A DNA stretch of 28,036 nucleotides, from the IMG/VR virus record IMGVR_UViG_3300044214_000008, positions 1 to 28,036 of that record. One strand, written 5' to 3'. The DNA comes from a virus (lineage: Duplodnaviria; Caudoviricetes). Shown piece after piece: positions 17,386 to 26,357 of this stretch; position 1 is the stretch's first letter, and every line of letters starts with the position of its first letter. The notes beneath the pieces are model-generated. The model was not told the origin of the DNA. It saw nothing but the letters and a program-made list of their open reading frames with translations, and made no database searches. Made by a program: the position numbers and the translations under genes.

Positions 17386-18071
17386 TGTATTGCCTCCGTT
17401 AATCCAAAGTCACCGGTAAATTCTGCAAATCCACCAGGAATCATTTTAATATTAGGTAACTGTGTTACTTGCACATACCATTTGCAGGCAGTGCCCACCT
17501 TAATCTTACGCTGATTATTAGTGCTACTGAGTGGATCATAGTTAGCCTGTGCAATAAAGCCACGATGCACATTGATAACTTTGGTTGTATCACCGGTTGT
17601 AACTGAGACATCAGCAGTAACCGTATAGGGATAACGATATTCCAAATCATCGCTGCCAGTTCCAGCCATTTGAATAATGTCACCTGCTTTTACCAATGTG
17701 TAAGAACCTGTGATGCCAGATACATTGACTGTTAGTGCAGATCCACTATATGTGGAGAGGTAAACATTATCCAATACTCCGCTGGTCCTGGGCGCTGTGC
17801 CTTGATATTCGATTAGCCATGCGCTGCCCGTGTTTTGCCCCAATTGTAGTGTTTGGATGCTGACTCTATCACTATTCATGATGGGCTCTATTAGATTGCG
17901 GTTAGTTGCCCAATCCCAAATAGGCTTGGGGCTAACTGTAAATCTCCAGGGATTGGCCCAGTTACGGCTGGCAGTTAGTAATCTACCACTGCGGCTCAGT
18001 GTTTGTGCAACTAACTTGCTTTTGTTAATCTCAATAGTTACTGCGCTATCTATAATAGTTTGTAAACTCAT
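17382..18071 (-). CDS. Distal tail protein (putative)
   Basis: First gene after the tape measure; SRSGR...WRFTV pattern; ends in EAI. Confidence 0.6.
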   Translation of the reverse strand: MSLQTIIDSAVTIEINKSKLVAQTLSRSGRLLTASRNWANPWRFTVSPKPIWDWATNRNLIEPIMNSDRVSIQTLQLGQNTGSAWLIEYQGTAPRTSGVLDNVYLSTYSGSALTVNVSGITGSYTLVKAGDIIQMAGTGSDDLEYRYPYTVTADVSVTTGDTTKVINVHRGFIAQANYDPLSSTNNQRKIKVGTACKWYVQVTQLPNIKMIPGGFAEFTGDFGLTEAIQ

Positions 18072-18073
18072 CT

Positions 18074-20434
18074 TTATCTCCTTGATCTCTGTGGTAGACT
18101 TCTACGCCCTGCTTCTGTGACATTGAATAGGAATTCAGGATCACGGGCAATCATCTGCCTAAAACTGCTGGCATCAACTGCTTGTATGTTGTAAGTGACT
18201 TGGGATGATCCTCCTGCGCCACCTGCGGCTGCTAATGCATCATTGGGCACAATAGTTCCTGCTGCCTTGGGAACAAACAATTCAGGACCCTTCTCACCGA
18301 CAATATATGGACTGTTGGCTGCAACCGGTCCGCCTGCTGCTCTGAATAAGCCGCCAAATAATCCACCATCACCACCAGCAGTTCCAAACATTGCCAGAAC
18401 CAAACGCTTGGCTTGTATGCGAACAATATCTGCAATAATACTATTAGCCAAGTCCTTGAATGATAGTTTACCTGTTTGAACAAACTTAACAATACTGTCT
18501 TCAAATCCCTTACTGAATGTGGAAAATATTGTTTGTGCTTGATTAGCAGAATTGGTTGCATCTTCAGCATATTGTGCAAATGCCTCACTCCAACCTGAAC
18601 TCCAGGTTCTCATACTGTCATAGCTGTTAGTTGCCGCTGTTGTTTGTTCGTCATTGACACGCTTATATGCAAGTGCTATTTGATCCAAGCCATCTTTAAG
18701 TTCTTGTGCCTTTTCAATAGTTAGATCTTGATCCCCGAAACTTTCCGCAAATGTTCGTGCCGCTTCCTGTGCTGCTCGCTTATTTGTTTGGGTAATTTCC
18801 ATAATTTGCTTTTGCAAACTATTCTTACCAATCATGTCCTCTGGCTTCAATCCTGTTCGTGCTTCATATACCTTTTGGTTGGCTGCTCTTAATGCATCAC
18901 CTAACTTACCGGCACGGGCTATTTGATCCTCAATTGCCTGTTTGGAAATTTCCATTTCCTGCTTAACCATAAAGATTCTTACAGCACTATTTCGTGCTTC
19001 AGCTGCATTGCTATTACTCTTGTTTTGCAAGTCATTTGCTTCTTGACGCAATAACAATTCCTGCTGTGCGTTGATAACGCCTTTTCTGCGTTGTTCGCTG
19101 AGGCTGACCAAAGTATCGCTGTATGTCTTGGCATTTTGCAATATGGCTTCGTCATACTTTAAGTTATATTCGGTATCAAACATACCTTTTTCACGCGACT
19201 TGACAATGGCATCTTCCAGTTGTAACTGTCTTAATTTTGTGTCATTGGTAATGTAGGCTGCACGGTATGCTTCCTGTTGACCTTTTGCGTAGTCTGCAAT
19301 ACGGTCGTTGATTTCCTGTTGATTTTTAAGTCTAAATGCAGTTAGTTCACCATCACGGTTAGCACCGTCTTTGGCTGACTTTTCTTCCAACTGGTATTTG
19401 AATTCATTATATTTTAAGTCGCCTTCTTTGCGTATTGCAGTTACTTGATCAAAGTTTCTACGGGCTGCATTAATATCAGGAGCGGCACCCAACTGGATCA
19501 ACATCATACTGGCACTTAGATTGCTGGCTTGTTCTGCACTATTGCGTAGGTTTTCCTTTTGATCTAATAATGCTTGATTGATTTTTAATAATGGCTCAAT
19601 GACTTTTTCACTTTGTCTACGCAAATTAGTCGTTTCTGTGTTACTACCCTGTAAATATTCAATCATACCCTTGATAGCATTAGACGCCTTTTCAGGATCT
19701 TTACCATCAACATCTTTCATTCTCTTACCAAGTTCAGTAGCTTGTTCTGTGGATAAGCCTAACAGTAATGCTTGAGTTTTTAGTCGTGCTTCCCACCATA
19801 GATTGCCTTCTTTGAAGTCACTGCCCATGTAAATTTTACCAATAGCAGCACCCGAACCGGATACTGCGGTGTTCATTACATCAATTTGTTTTACTGCTTC
19901 TTTAATACTTGCGGCCAATTCAACAGTTGCCTGCTGTTTTCTAATGGCTTCTTGTGCTTCATAAAATGCTTTGGCAGATGCAGTTAATGCACCATATTGA
20001 TTGCCCATGCCTTCAAGACTGATCGCATTTTGTTTTTGTGCATCTTGATATTTTTGTGTAATATCAGTTAATGCTGATGTGCGTTCCTGTAAATTACGCA
20101 TATCAACACCGGCAATATTAAGACCTGCTCTCAATAATGGAATACCAACGGCTGCTACTGCACCAATAGCCGCCCCCCACATACCAAATCCACCCAGTAA
20201 CTGTGGTAACTGCTGACCCATGGCAACGAAGGCACTGGTGCCGCCTGCAATCTGCACTGCCATGTCCTGAATTTGGAATGATACATTCCTAATGTTTTGC
20301 CCACTGCCTTTTAATGTTTGACCTGTTTTATCAGCACTTGTGCCCAGGTTATCCATCTTAGTGGTGGCATCGCTAAGTTGGGCTGTGCCATCAACATTGA
20401 TTTTTACGGTTAATTCATCTATCGTCTTAGCCAT
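18074..20434 (-). CDS. Tail tape measure protein, 786 aa
   Basis: N-terminal FQIQDMAVQIAGG...QQLPQLL, long Ala/Gln helical region, lambda-H-like C-terminal FVQTGKLSFKDLANSIIADI and AAGGPV...YIVGEKGPELFVP. Confidence 0.93.
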   Translation of the reverse strand: MAKTIDELTVKINVDGTAQLSDATTKMDNLGTSADKTGQTLKGSGQNIRNVSFQIQDMAVQIAGGTSAFVAMGQQLPQLLGGFGMWGAAIGAVAAVGIPLLRAGLNIAGVDMRNLQERTSALTDITQKYQDAQKQNAISLEGMGNQYGALTASAKAFYEAQEAIRKQQATVELAASIKEAVKQIDVMNTAVSGSGAAIGKIYMGSDFKEGNLWWEARLKTQALLLGLSTEQATELGKRMKDVDGKDPEKASNAIKGMIEYLQGSNTETTNLRRQSEKVIEPLLKINQALLDQKENLRNSAEQASNLSASMMLIQLGAAPDINAARRNFDQVTAIRKEGDLKYNEFKYQLEEKSAKDGANRDGELTAFRLKNQQEINDRIADYAKGQQEAYRAAYITNDTKLRQLQLEDAIVKSREKGMFDTEYNLKYDEAILQNAKTYSDTLVSLSEQRRKGVINAQQELLLRQEANDLQNKSNSNAAEARNSAVRIFMVKQEMEISKQAIEDQIARAGKLGDALRAANQKVYEARTGLKPEDMIGKNSLQKQIMEITQTNKRAAQEAARTFAESFGDQDLTIEKAQELKDGLDQIALAYKRVNDEQTTAATNSYDSMRTWSSGWSEAFAQYAEDATNSANQAQTIFSTFSKGFEDSIVKFVQTGKLSFKDLANSIIADIVRIQAKRLVLAMFGTAGGDGGLFGGLFRAAGGPVAANSPYIVGEKGPELFVPKAAGTIVPNDALAAAGGAGGSSQVTYNIQAVDASSFRQMIARDPEFLFNVTEAGRRSLPQRSRR

Positions 20435-20435
20435 A

Positions 20436-20711
20436 TTATCTTCCTAAAGTCTTTCTAACATAGTCTCTAACTGCTTGAATGGCAGGTTCCACCATACCTT
20501 TAGGACTTTGTTTGCTATATCCTTCATCTAATCGTTTAGCATATGGATAAGCCGCATCTATTTCATTAGCCGTTCTGGTTGTATGCTGTTTTGCATAACC
20601 AGTTCTAACAGGGGTGTTTTTAACAAATGCTGGGTATGCAACATCAGTCATTCTTTGGGCCGTAATATATTGCTGTAGATATTTCAGCCTACTGCTGATA
20701 TTTGATTTCAT
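20436..20711 (-). CDS. HK97 gp10-like tail completion/neck protein
   Basis: TPVRTG...YAKRLDEGYSKQSPKGMVEP pattern; basic 91-aa protein. Confidence 0.65.
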   Translation of the reverse strand: MKSNISSRLKYLQQYITAQRMTDVAYPAFVKNTPVRTGYAKQHTTRTANEIDAAYPYAKRLDEGYSKQSPKGMVEPAIQAVRDYVRKTLGR

Positions 20712-20977
20712 TGCTGTGCCTTTCTATTACGGGCTCTTTCCAACATGGCAATCATTTCCTCTTGAGTTGGTTGTTTATGGCCTGGAACTGCATTGTTCGC
20801 TGCCGCCTCATTCAACTCATTTCTATATGAGACAGCCGCAGTTAAAACAGTAAGATCAAGAGTGTTGGCTCGTTGGAGACATTCGCTGGGCAATATACCA
20901 TATCGCTCTGCCATACTGTCCAACATAATCAACATATTAAAGTCTTGACCTTTCTTATCTAACTGCTCGCCTGTTAC
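20708..20977 (-). CDS. Tail assembly chaperone frameshift extension (gpT-like)
   Basis: The -1 frame is open from the slippery site (VTGEQLDKKGQDFN) into the ORF-track protein 20708..20935. Confidence 0.8.
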   Translation of the reverse strand, partial: VTGEQLDKKGQDFNMLIMLDSMAERYGILPSECLQRANTLDLTVLTAAVSYRNELNEAAANNAVPGHKQPTQEEMIAMLERARNRKAQQ

Positions 20978-21276
20978 TTTCCCAAGCGTTCTACCACTTG
21001 GTTTACTACTGCCATCATCAGGTCCGGAGGGATTGTGTTACCATCTTTGATTACTGGTTCACCCGCTTCATCTAATATTAAACTGTTTACGATATTGATT
21101 ACATCCGCCACATTATCGGGCTGTAATGTTGCCATCTTGATAAACTGCTCAATTGGTTGTCTATCGTAAATCCAAAATTCCACTGCATCACCATATTTCT
21201 CGACAATGGCTGCATCCTCAACTGTAATTTTAATCAGTTGTGGCTTCTTTGTTAATTGTGTTAATTTAATCGACAT
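20974..21276 (-). CDS. Tail assembly chaperone (gpG-like)
   Basis: Lies between the tail tube and tape measure genes; ends in GGGAAAG-TAA. Confidence 0.8.
   Translation of the reverse strand: MSIKLTQLTKKPQLIKITVEDAAIVEKYGDAVEFWIYDRQPIEQFIKMATLQPDNVADVINIVNSLILDEAGEPVIKDGNTIPPDLMMAVVNQVVERLGK
20977..20983 (-). other. -1 programmed ribosomal frameshift site GGGAAAG
   Basis: Same heptamer as the lambda G/T site, in the correct phase (G GGA AAG) just before the stop. Confidence 0.88.
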
Positions 21277-21281
21277 ATCTT

Positions 21282-21452
21282 TTATTCCTCAAATCGTTGT
21301 TGTAGATGATTAATTGCGGCTAATATAAACTTTAGACGCACATCTGCTTGGTTAAGATCTCCACGGGCGCATTTTAATTCAGATGCGGCTTTGGCTGCTT
21401 CTGCCAGAATGCTGGCGTAGATTTCTTCGTTTGTTTTGTTGTTAAACATCAT
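21282..21452 (-). CDS. Small helical protein, about 56 aa
   Basis: ORF track 21282..21524. The upstream part overlaps a terminator, so ATG 21452 (GGAG SD at 21468-21465) is preferred. Confidence 0.7.
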   Translation of the reverse strand: MMFNNKTNEEIYASILAEAAKAASELKCARGDLNQADVRLKFILAAINHLQQRFEE

Positions 21453-21494
21453 ATCTTTATAGATCTCCAAACCTATACCATACTTATCAATAGG

Positions 21495-21516
21495 AAAAGG
21501 GGTATTGCTACCCCTT
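21495..21516 (-). terminator. Intrinsic terminator after the major tail gene
   Basis: AAGGGGTA-GCAA-TACCCCTT-TT (8-bp stem, GNRA loop); a TAAGTA variant motif follows at 21486-21481. Confidence 0.75.
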
Positions 21517-21553
21517 AACACCACCGAAAACTTTTCTGCTGTTAAGCTATTGC

Positions 21554-22021
21554 TTAGGCAACAGTAAAGTCACCAGTCACAGTTAAAGTCACTGGGCTAA
21601 CCCAAACTGGGCTATCTGCACTGACTTTAGGTGCTAAACCAGTAACATATCCGCTTCCGCTGATAGTCTTACCTGCTGCACCACTGCTTGTATCACCAAG
21701 ATATAATTCAAAGGATACTAACTGTTTGTCTTTGCTTAAACCAAAGATACCTTTGGTCTTTGCACTTTCACCGGCAGTTGTTGTGCCGAAGAATGCTGCT
21801 TGATCTAAAACTAAGTTCATACCAATGCTGTTTGTTGCTGTAGTTGCAACTTGTAGTTTGGAACTGCTGTCCAACTGTGTCCAAGTGAATACATCATTAG
21901 CGTTGTTAACGGTAATGTCTTGTAGGCCTGGAACTGCTAAACCTGTTGTGTCACCAGATACTTTAAGAGTTAAAGTAAGTTCTGCTGCGCTAACACCAGG
22001 TGCTGGATAAATGTATGACAT
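21554..22021 (-). CDS. Major tail tube protein
   Basis: 155 aa, beta-rich, GKTISGSGYVTGL...VTLTVTG C-terminal pattern; upstream of the chaperone and tape measure. Confidence 0.8.
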   Translation of the reverse strand: MSYIYPAPGVSAAELTLTLKVSGDTTGLAVPGLQDITVNNANDVFTWTQLDSSSKLQVATTATNSIGMNLVLDQAAFFGTTTAGESAKTKGIFGLSKDKQLVSFELYLGDTSSGAAGKTISGSGYVTGLAPKVSADSPVWVSPVTLTVTGDFTVA

Positions 22022-22031
22022 TTTATCTTCC

Positions 22032-22424
22032 TTATGCTATGTTAGAAAATCTATATTCAAATTCATAGATAAGACGATCGTTATCTATGGTTGTTATATA
22101 GTCAAACTCGCGTTTGTGAACGCCAGTTATTGTAGTGATATCCTTAGCACTACCGAGTGTGTCTAATGCTTGATCTAAGTCCTGATTTCTGTTTTTGGCA
22201 TCAACGGATAGAAAGCCTTTGATAGTAATTGTGCGCTCATTGACATTACAACCACCAAGTGTTGCATACATTGAACGCTGTTCTGTCTTGGGCTCATCTA
22301 AGTAAACTCGTCTTGGATTACGCAAGTAAAGTGGATTATTACCTTCTTGGAACGGCAACTCTTGACTGGTCTTTATGGAACCAGTTAGTTGGTCTGTCAA
22401 ATAAGTTAATAATTCCGTTTTCAT
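22032..22424 (-). CDS. Tail terminator-like protein (putative)
   Basis: 130 aa, directly upstream of the tail tube gene; call from synteny. Confidence 0.55.
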   Translation of the reverse strand: MKTELLTYLTDQLTGSIKTSQELPFQEGNNPLYLRNPRRVYLDEPKTEQRSMYATLGGCNVNERTITIKGFLSVDAKNRNQDLDQALDTLGSAKDITTITGVHKREFDYITTIDNDRLIYEFEYRFSNIA

Positions 22425-22927
22425 CTTACGCGAACCCTGTTTACTATGCTGGGGAATTTCTCCCCAGTTTCTATTGTGCCATCAGCATCGAAGTCATACC
22501 AATCGCCTGATTGAATTAAATCCTGGAACAACTTATCATATTGGTCTCTATAGAAGTTGATCTTTGCCACTTCCGCACTATCTGGATTACCAAAATCCGC
22601 AACTGCTGGATATAGGTAGTCTTTGAGTGCAAAGTAAACATTGAGATCTATAAATTCCTGATAACGACTTTTAATGCAAGTGGGATCTACAACTGGTAAC
22701 AGGCGTAGATCGTGTTGCAATGTGGGCATCATCTTAAAACAAGTAGTCTTCCACCAGTCAGTATTTCTAATTTGTGTTAGAATACGCTGACTGGCTTGTG
22801 ATAGATAATCATCAACATTATTTTCGGTAATTCCTTCGTTAGCCTCAAGAATTCGTTGATCACGCTGGACCAAGTCGTCATAAGTCGCGAAACTTATTAG
22901 AGATTGATTATAAAATACAAAAGCCAT
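22421..22927 (-). CDS. Head-tail adaptor (putative)
   Basis: First gene after the capsid; FATYDDL N-terminal motif, helical; contains DFDADGTIE. Confidence 0.6.
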   Translation of the reverse strand: MAFVFYNQSLISFATYDDLVQRDQRILEANEGITENNVDDYLSQASQRILTQIRNTDWWKTTCFKMMPTLQHDLRLLPVVDPTCIKSRYQEFIDLNVYFALKDYLYPAVADFGNPDSAEVAKINFYRDQYDKLFQDLIQSGDWYDFDADGTIETGEKFPSIVNRVRVR

Positions 22928-22948
22928 CGTGATCTCCTAAATCATTGA

Positions 22949-23794
22949 TTAAAGAATAGAACTATCTGCGATTACGCCAACGCCGTAACCATCATAGATC
23001 TCGCCAACACCGTAGTGGCAACTTGCGACAACATCAGTGCCAAGGTAACTTGCACGACGCTGAGTTTCAACATTGATGTCACCAATCATAGCAAGACCAA
23101 GTGCTTCACGGTGGAAAACACCACCAATGTAGTCACCAGCAGTGCCAGTATCTGCAACAAGAGAACTTTCAAACACAGGGATGCCGAATAGCATACCAAC
23201 ATAGCCTTCTGCCATGGCCGCATTCTGGATGATACCAGCGTTAGGGTTAGCAAATGTGTTTGTTAAGTTGGCCTTTAAGTCATAAGCGACATAAGGGTTA
23301 ACAACACATGCCAACTGGTCAGCAGGAACACCAGCAGCGCGTAGTTTAGCAGCAGCCTTAGCGATTGTAGCGGCGCTTAGAGCAGTAGCGTTGTCACCAA
23401 CTGTGCCACTGAAGCCACTGAATAGAGCCATAAGGTCTGTATCAATCTTACGAGCAATTGCTTCACCGAATAGTTTACCTAAGTCAGCAACAACATTGCT
23501 TGCTGCACTGGCGATAGCCAAGTCAGTAACCAATGTGCGAATTGCAGCAGTAGCGATAGTTAGAGTTGCACCGTCTGTAGAAACAGCAGTGTTAGTAACT
23601 TCGTTACCTTCTGTTAATGTAGCCGCAGATTGTAGCGGATAGATAGGAACAGTAACAGTTTTACCTTGACCTGGAGCCAAGTTATAATTTTTTACCAAGC
23701 CACGCATGATAGAGCGTTCGCCGGCAACGAACATAGCCTCAGCAACAATGCTTGGCAATAGGTCGTTAAGAGTAGTGGATGTAGATCCTGACAT
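22949..23794 (-). CDS. Major capsid protein (HK97 fold)
   Basis: GKTVTVP, LTEG, GEAIARKID, VVNPYVAYDL, VGMLFGIPVFES, VETQR...TDVV...YG motifs; follows the scaffold gene. Confidence 0.92.
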   Translation of the reverse strand: MSGSTSTTLNDLLPSIVAEAMFVAGERSIMRGLVKNYNLAPGQGKTVTVPIYPLQSAATLTEGNEVTNTAVSTDGATLTIATAAIRTLVTDLAIASAASNVVADLGKLFGEAIARKIDTDLMALFSGFSGTVGDNATALSAATIAKAAAKLRAAGVPADQLACVVNPYVAYDLKANLTNTFANPNAGIIQNAAMAEGYVGMLFGIPVFESSLVADTGTAGDYIGGVFHREALGLAMIGDINVETQRRASYLGTDVVASCHYGVGEIYDGYGVGVIADSSIL

Positions 23795-23813
23795 AATATA
23801 TTTTCCTTAAAAA

Positions 23814-24485
23814 TTAGGCAATTCCAGCGGATTTACGATATTCCGCATAGATTTTTCTGTGTTCTGGATTCTTCATATCCAATTTCGTGATATCGAGTTT
23901 ATCAGCACGAGCACCTACATTACTGCGTGTAGCAGTGGTAGAGGGTGTTGGTTGAACAAAGTGTGGGTTCTTAGTTAAGAATTCTTGAACATAAGAATCA
24001 ACGGATAGTGGACGACCGGAATCATCATACCTCACCTTACCTTCACCGTCAGTAACTTCAACTTCGCCGTCACCATTTAAGCGAACACGATCGCGGACCA
24101 GTGTTTTAATCTGATCAGGTGCAACTGCGCGGAGTCGGGCTGCGGCATCCAATATAGGAGTGTTGACTTTGAATTCCTCAATCATTCGATCACGCTTGGA
24201 GATTTCTAAATCCTTTTTAGATACTACATCTTGTAGCACCTTTTCGAATTCACCCTTTTTCATTTGTTGATCTTGTTGATGTTTGCGGTAATTGCTAACA
24301 ATATCACGCAGCTCTTCAGGATCACCTAAGTCTTCGAACTTACTGGCGAACTTCTTCTCTAATTGAGTTTTAGTTTTAGCCATCATTGCGTTGACTTCTT
24401 CTTGAGTGAATGTCTTTGCCTGAGAATTAGTTTGGTCAGTGGTCTCAGTAACCTCTGTCGTTGCCGATGTATTTTCTTGACTCAT
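23814..24485 (-). CDS. Capsid scaffolding protein
   Basis: KTFTQEEVN motif, charged coiled-coil, KNPHF near the C-terminus; between portal and capsid genes. Confidence 0.85.
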   Translation of the reverse strand: MSQENTSATTEVTETTDQTNSQAKTFTQEEVNAMMAKTKTQLEKKFASKFEDLGDPEELRDIVSNYRKHQQDQQMKKGEFEKVLQDVVSKKDLEISKRDRMIEEFKVNTPILDAAARLRAVAPDQIKTLVRDRVRLNGDGEVEVTDGEGKVRYDDSGRPLSVDSYVQEFLTKNPHFVQPTPSTTATRSNVGARADKLDITKLDMKNPEHRKIYAEYRKSAGIA

Positions 24486-24518
24486 CGTATGTCACACCTT
24501 CCTTTGAAGTAAAATTTG

Positions 24519-24553
24519 TGGCACCATCACAGTGCCATTTATGTTAGTATTTA
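24519..24553 (-). promoter_or_regulatory. TAAATA motif followed by leader hairpin upstream of scaffold/capsid
   Basis: TAAATA at 24553-24548, then TGGCAC-TGTGATG-GTGCCA. Confidence 0.6.
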
Positions 24554-24559
24554 TTACTG

Positions 24560-26332
24560 TTAATTAACTATAGGTCCGCCCGGAGCCCAATCATCACATG
24601 TTCTTGCTGGTGTGCAAGTTATATCCCATTTAACACAGTAGCCTGCTGGGTTAGGAACATTCTCCCAAGCAGGATTAACTTCTGTTGCCAGAGGTATATT
24701 ACCTGCTGCCATATTGCTGGAATAACAATCTTTAATTGCCTGTGTATTAACATAGTAACCACAGTTGGAGCAAGTTTGACTCTTACTTTCTATTTCCATG
24801 ATATTCAATCTATCTGCTCTTTGAATCCAGAAAACACCGGGATTAGTTACACTGGCTGGTCCTAAGTTGGCTTGTTCCACACATATCAGATGATTAGCAA
24901 TATTTGTCTGTTTATCAGTCATTGGTAATGGGCAACCATTAATCATGCCTTCTTGTTCTATCTCAGCCATGGCCTCTACAGCATTGACAGGTGGTATGGT
25001 CATCTCACCCTCTAATGTGTCAATATCCAGGATCTCTGCAATGCGGCTGTCAATCTCTGCTTGTATTTCAGGACGAGCAGTAAGTTGCTTCATCTTTGCC
25101 AACTGATCCAGTTCATTGCTGATATTGCGTAATGCGTAATCATCTGGATACTCTATGGAACCTGTCCATTCTTGTCCAAGATACTGACAGACTTCTTGCC
25201 AGATCTGTTCTTCACCCAATTCGAGATTATCCGCAACACCGCTTAAACGAGCATTTAGTAATTGGAATTCTGTTTCGATTGCAATGCCACTCATGTCCCT
25301 GGTCTGGCTGCTACGAACACTGCCCACATTAGCCATGCCATCAATCATGTTTCTACGCTCATTGATACTGGCGTAAATTTTATCAATTTGTCCACCTTGG
25401 AATTGCAACACATAGGGTTTTAAGTTAGGATCCATGGTTTCTGGAATAGTAATAACTTGTCCAGCACTGGCACCTTGTGTATTAACCTGTTCCGTTGCAA
25501 CGAGACTTGGGTGTGTATCTAAACGAATGCTATCATAGACTTCTGCCAATTCATTGTAGATCATGCGCTGTTGATCTGCAATGTCATCTATTAGACTTTG
25601 TCCAATGCCACGCACAGGACTGCGCTCACCATAGATACAGACAAAAGGCAAACGACCTAATTCGTTTGGTAATTGCTCAACTGACTCCACAGTCTTTTTC
25701 TGTTGGTTGATTGTATAACTGGTAATTGTATCTCTTGTCCATTCAACTACAGTATTTGCTTCACCATTTACTTCTTCCAGGACTTTGATATAACTTAGGC
25801 TATAACCACCATTGGGTTGTCTTTCCCAAGTCCAGTCAAGAACTGCAAGTGGTGTGTATAGGCTTAGGTAAGGACGAGCATTAAGTGCCAGTTCTTCTGC
25901 AAGGCTGGTTGCACCTACGCTGGGTTTTGCAACACAGACCCATACATGTCCAAATACACTGCTCCAAGTGGCAACATCCTTCATGAATGCATCCATACTG
26001 CGTCCATCAAGATCTGCATCTTCCAGGATATTGTCTATGACAGGGTTACCATCTAAACTGCCAAAGTCTCTTACTGGTGCAATTCTAAATAGAAAACTGG
26101 TATAAAGACTGATCAGTCCGCGGCATTGATTATCCAAGGGGACATTTTGTAGTCTCAGTTGATATTCTCTATCACTTTCAAGGGTATAACGCTGGAGGTA
26201 TGTTCCATTACGGTAGGATTCTCCACCTTGATAAGAATCCATTAAAAATTGCCATCTTGATTGATAGCGTGTGTATAAAATATTAGCAGACACGGCCTCC
26301 GTGTATGCCTGTTGGAATGTTAAATCTGCCAC
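24560..26332 (-). CDS. Portal protein (SPP1 gp6-like) with Cys-rich C-terminal extension
   Basis: Follows terL; DADLDG, FGHVWV, NELGRLPFV, GQSLIDDIA and SGIA motifs; last ~125 aa contain CSNC...C...GYC...C...CDDW. Confidence 0.88.
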   Translation of the reverse strand: MADLTFQQAYTEAVSANILYTRYQSRWQFLMDSYQGGESYRNGTYLQRYTLESDREYQLRLQNVPLDNQCRGLISLYTSFLFRIAPVRDFGSLDGNPVIDNILEDADLDGRSMDAFMKDVATWSSVFGHVWVCVAKPSVGATSLAEELALNARPYLSLYTPLAVLDWTWERQPNGGYSLSYIKVLEEVNGEANTVVEWTRDTITSYTINQQKKTVESVEQLPNELGRLPFVCIYGERSPVRGIGQSLIDDIADQQRMIYNELAEVYDSIRLDTHPSLVATEQVNTQGASAGQVITIPETMDPNLKPYVLQFQGGQIDKIYASINERRNMIDGMANVGSVRSSQTRDMSGIAIETEFQLLNARLSGVADNLELGEEQIWQEVCQYLGQEWTGSIEYPDDYALRNISNELDQLAKMKQLTARPEIQAEIDSRIAEILDIDTLEGEMTIPPVNAVEAMAEIEQEGMINGCPLPMTDKQTNIANHLICVEQANLGPASVTNPGVFWIQRADRLNIMEIESKSQTCSNCGYYVNTQAIKDCYSSNMAAGNIPLATEVNPAWENVPNPAGYCVKWDITCTPARTCDDWAPGGPIVN

Positions 26333-26351
26333 TTGTTGTTCTCCTGTTGCA

Positions 26352-26357
26352 TATTTA
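26352..26357 (-). promoter_or_regulatory. TAAATA motif upstream of portal
   Basis: Overlaps the terL stop codon; about 19 nt upstream of the portal GTG. Confidence 0.55.

Noticed and set aside
21453-21524. N-terminal extension of the 80-aa ORF
   Set aside because: It overlaps the terminator hairpin, and a good SD lies just before ATG 21452.
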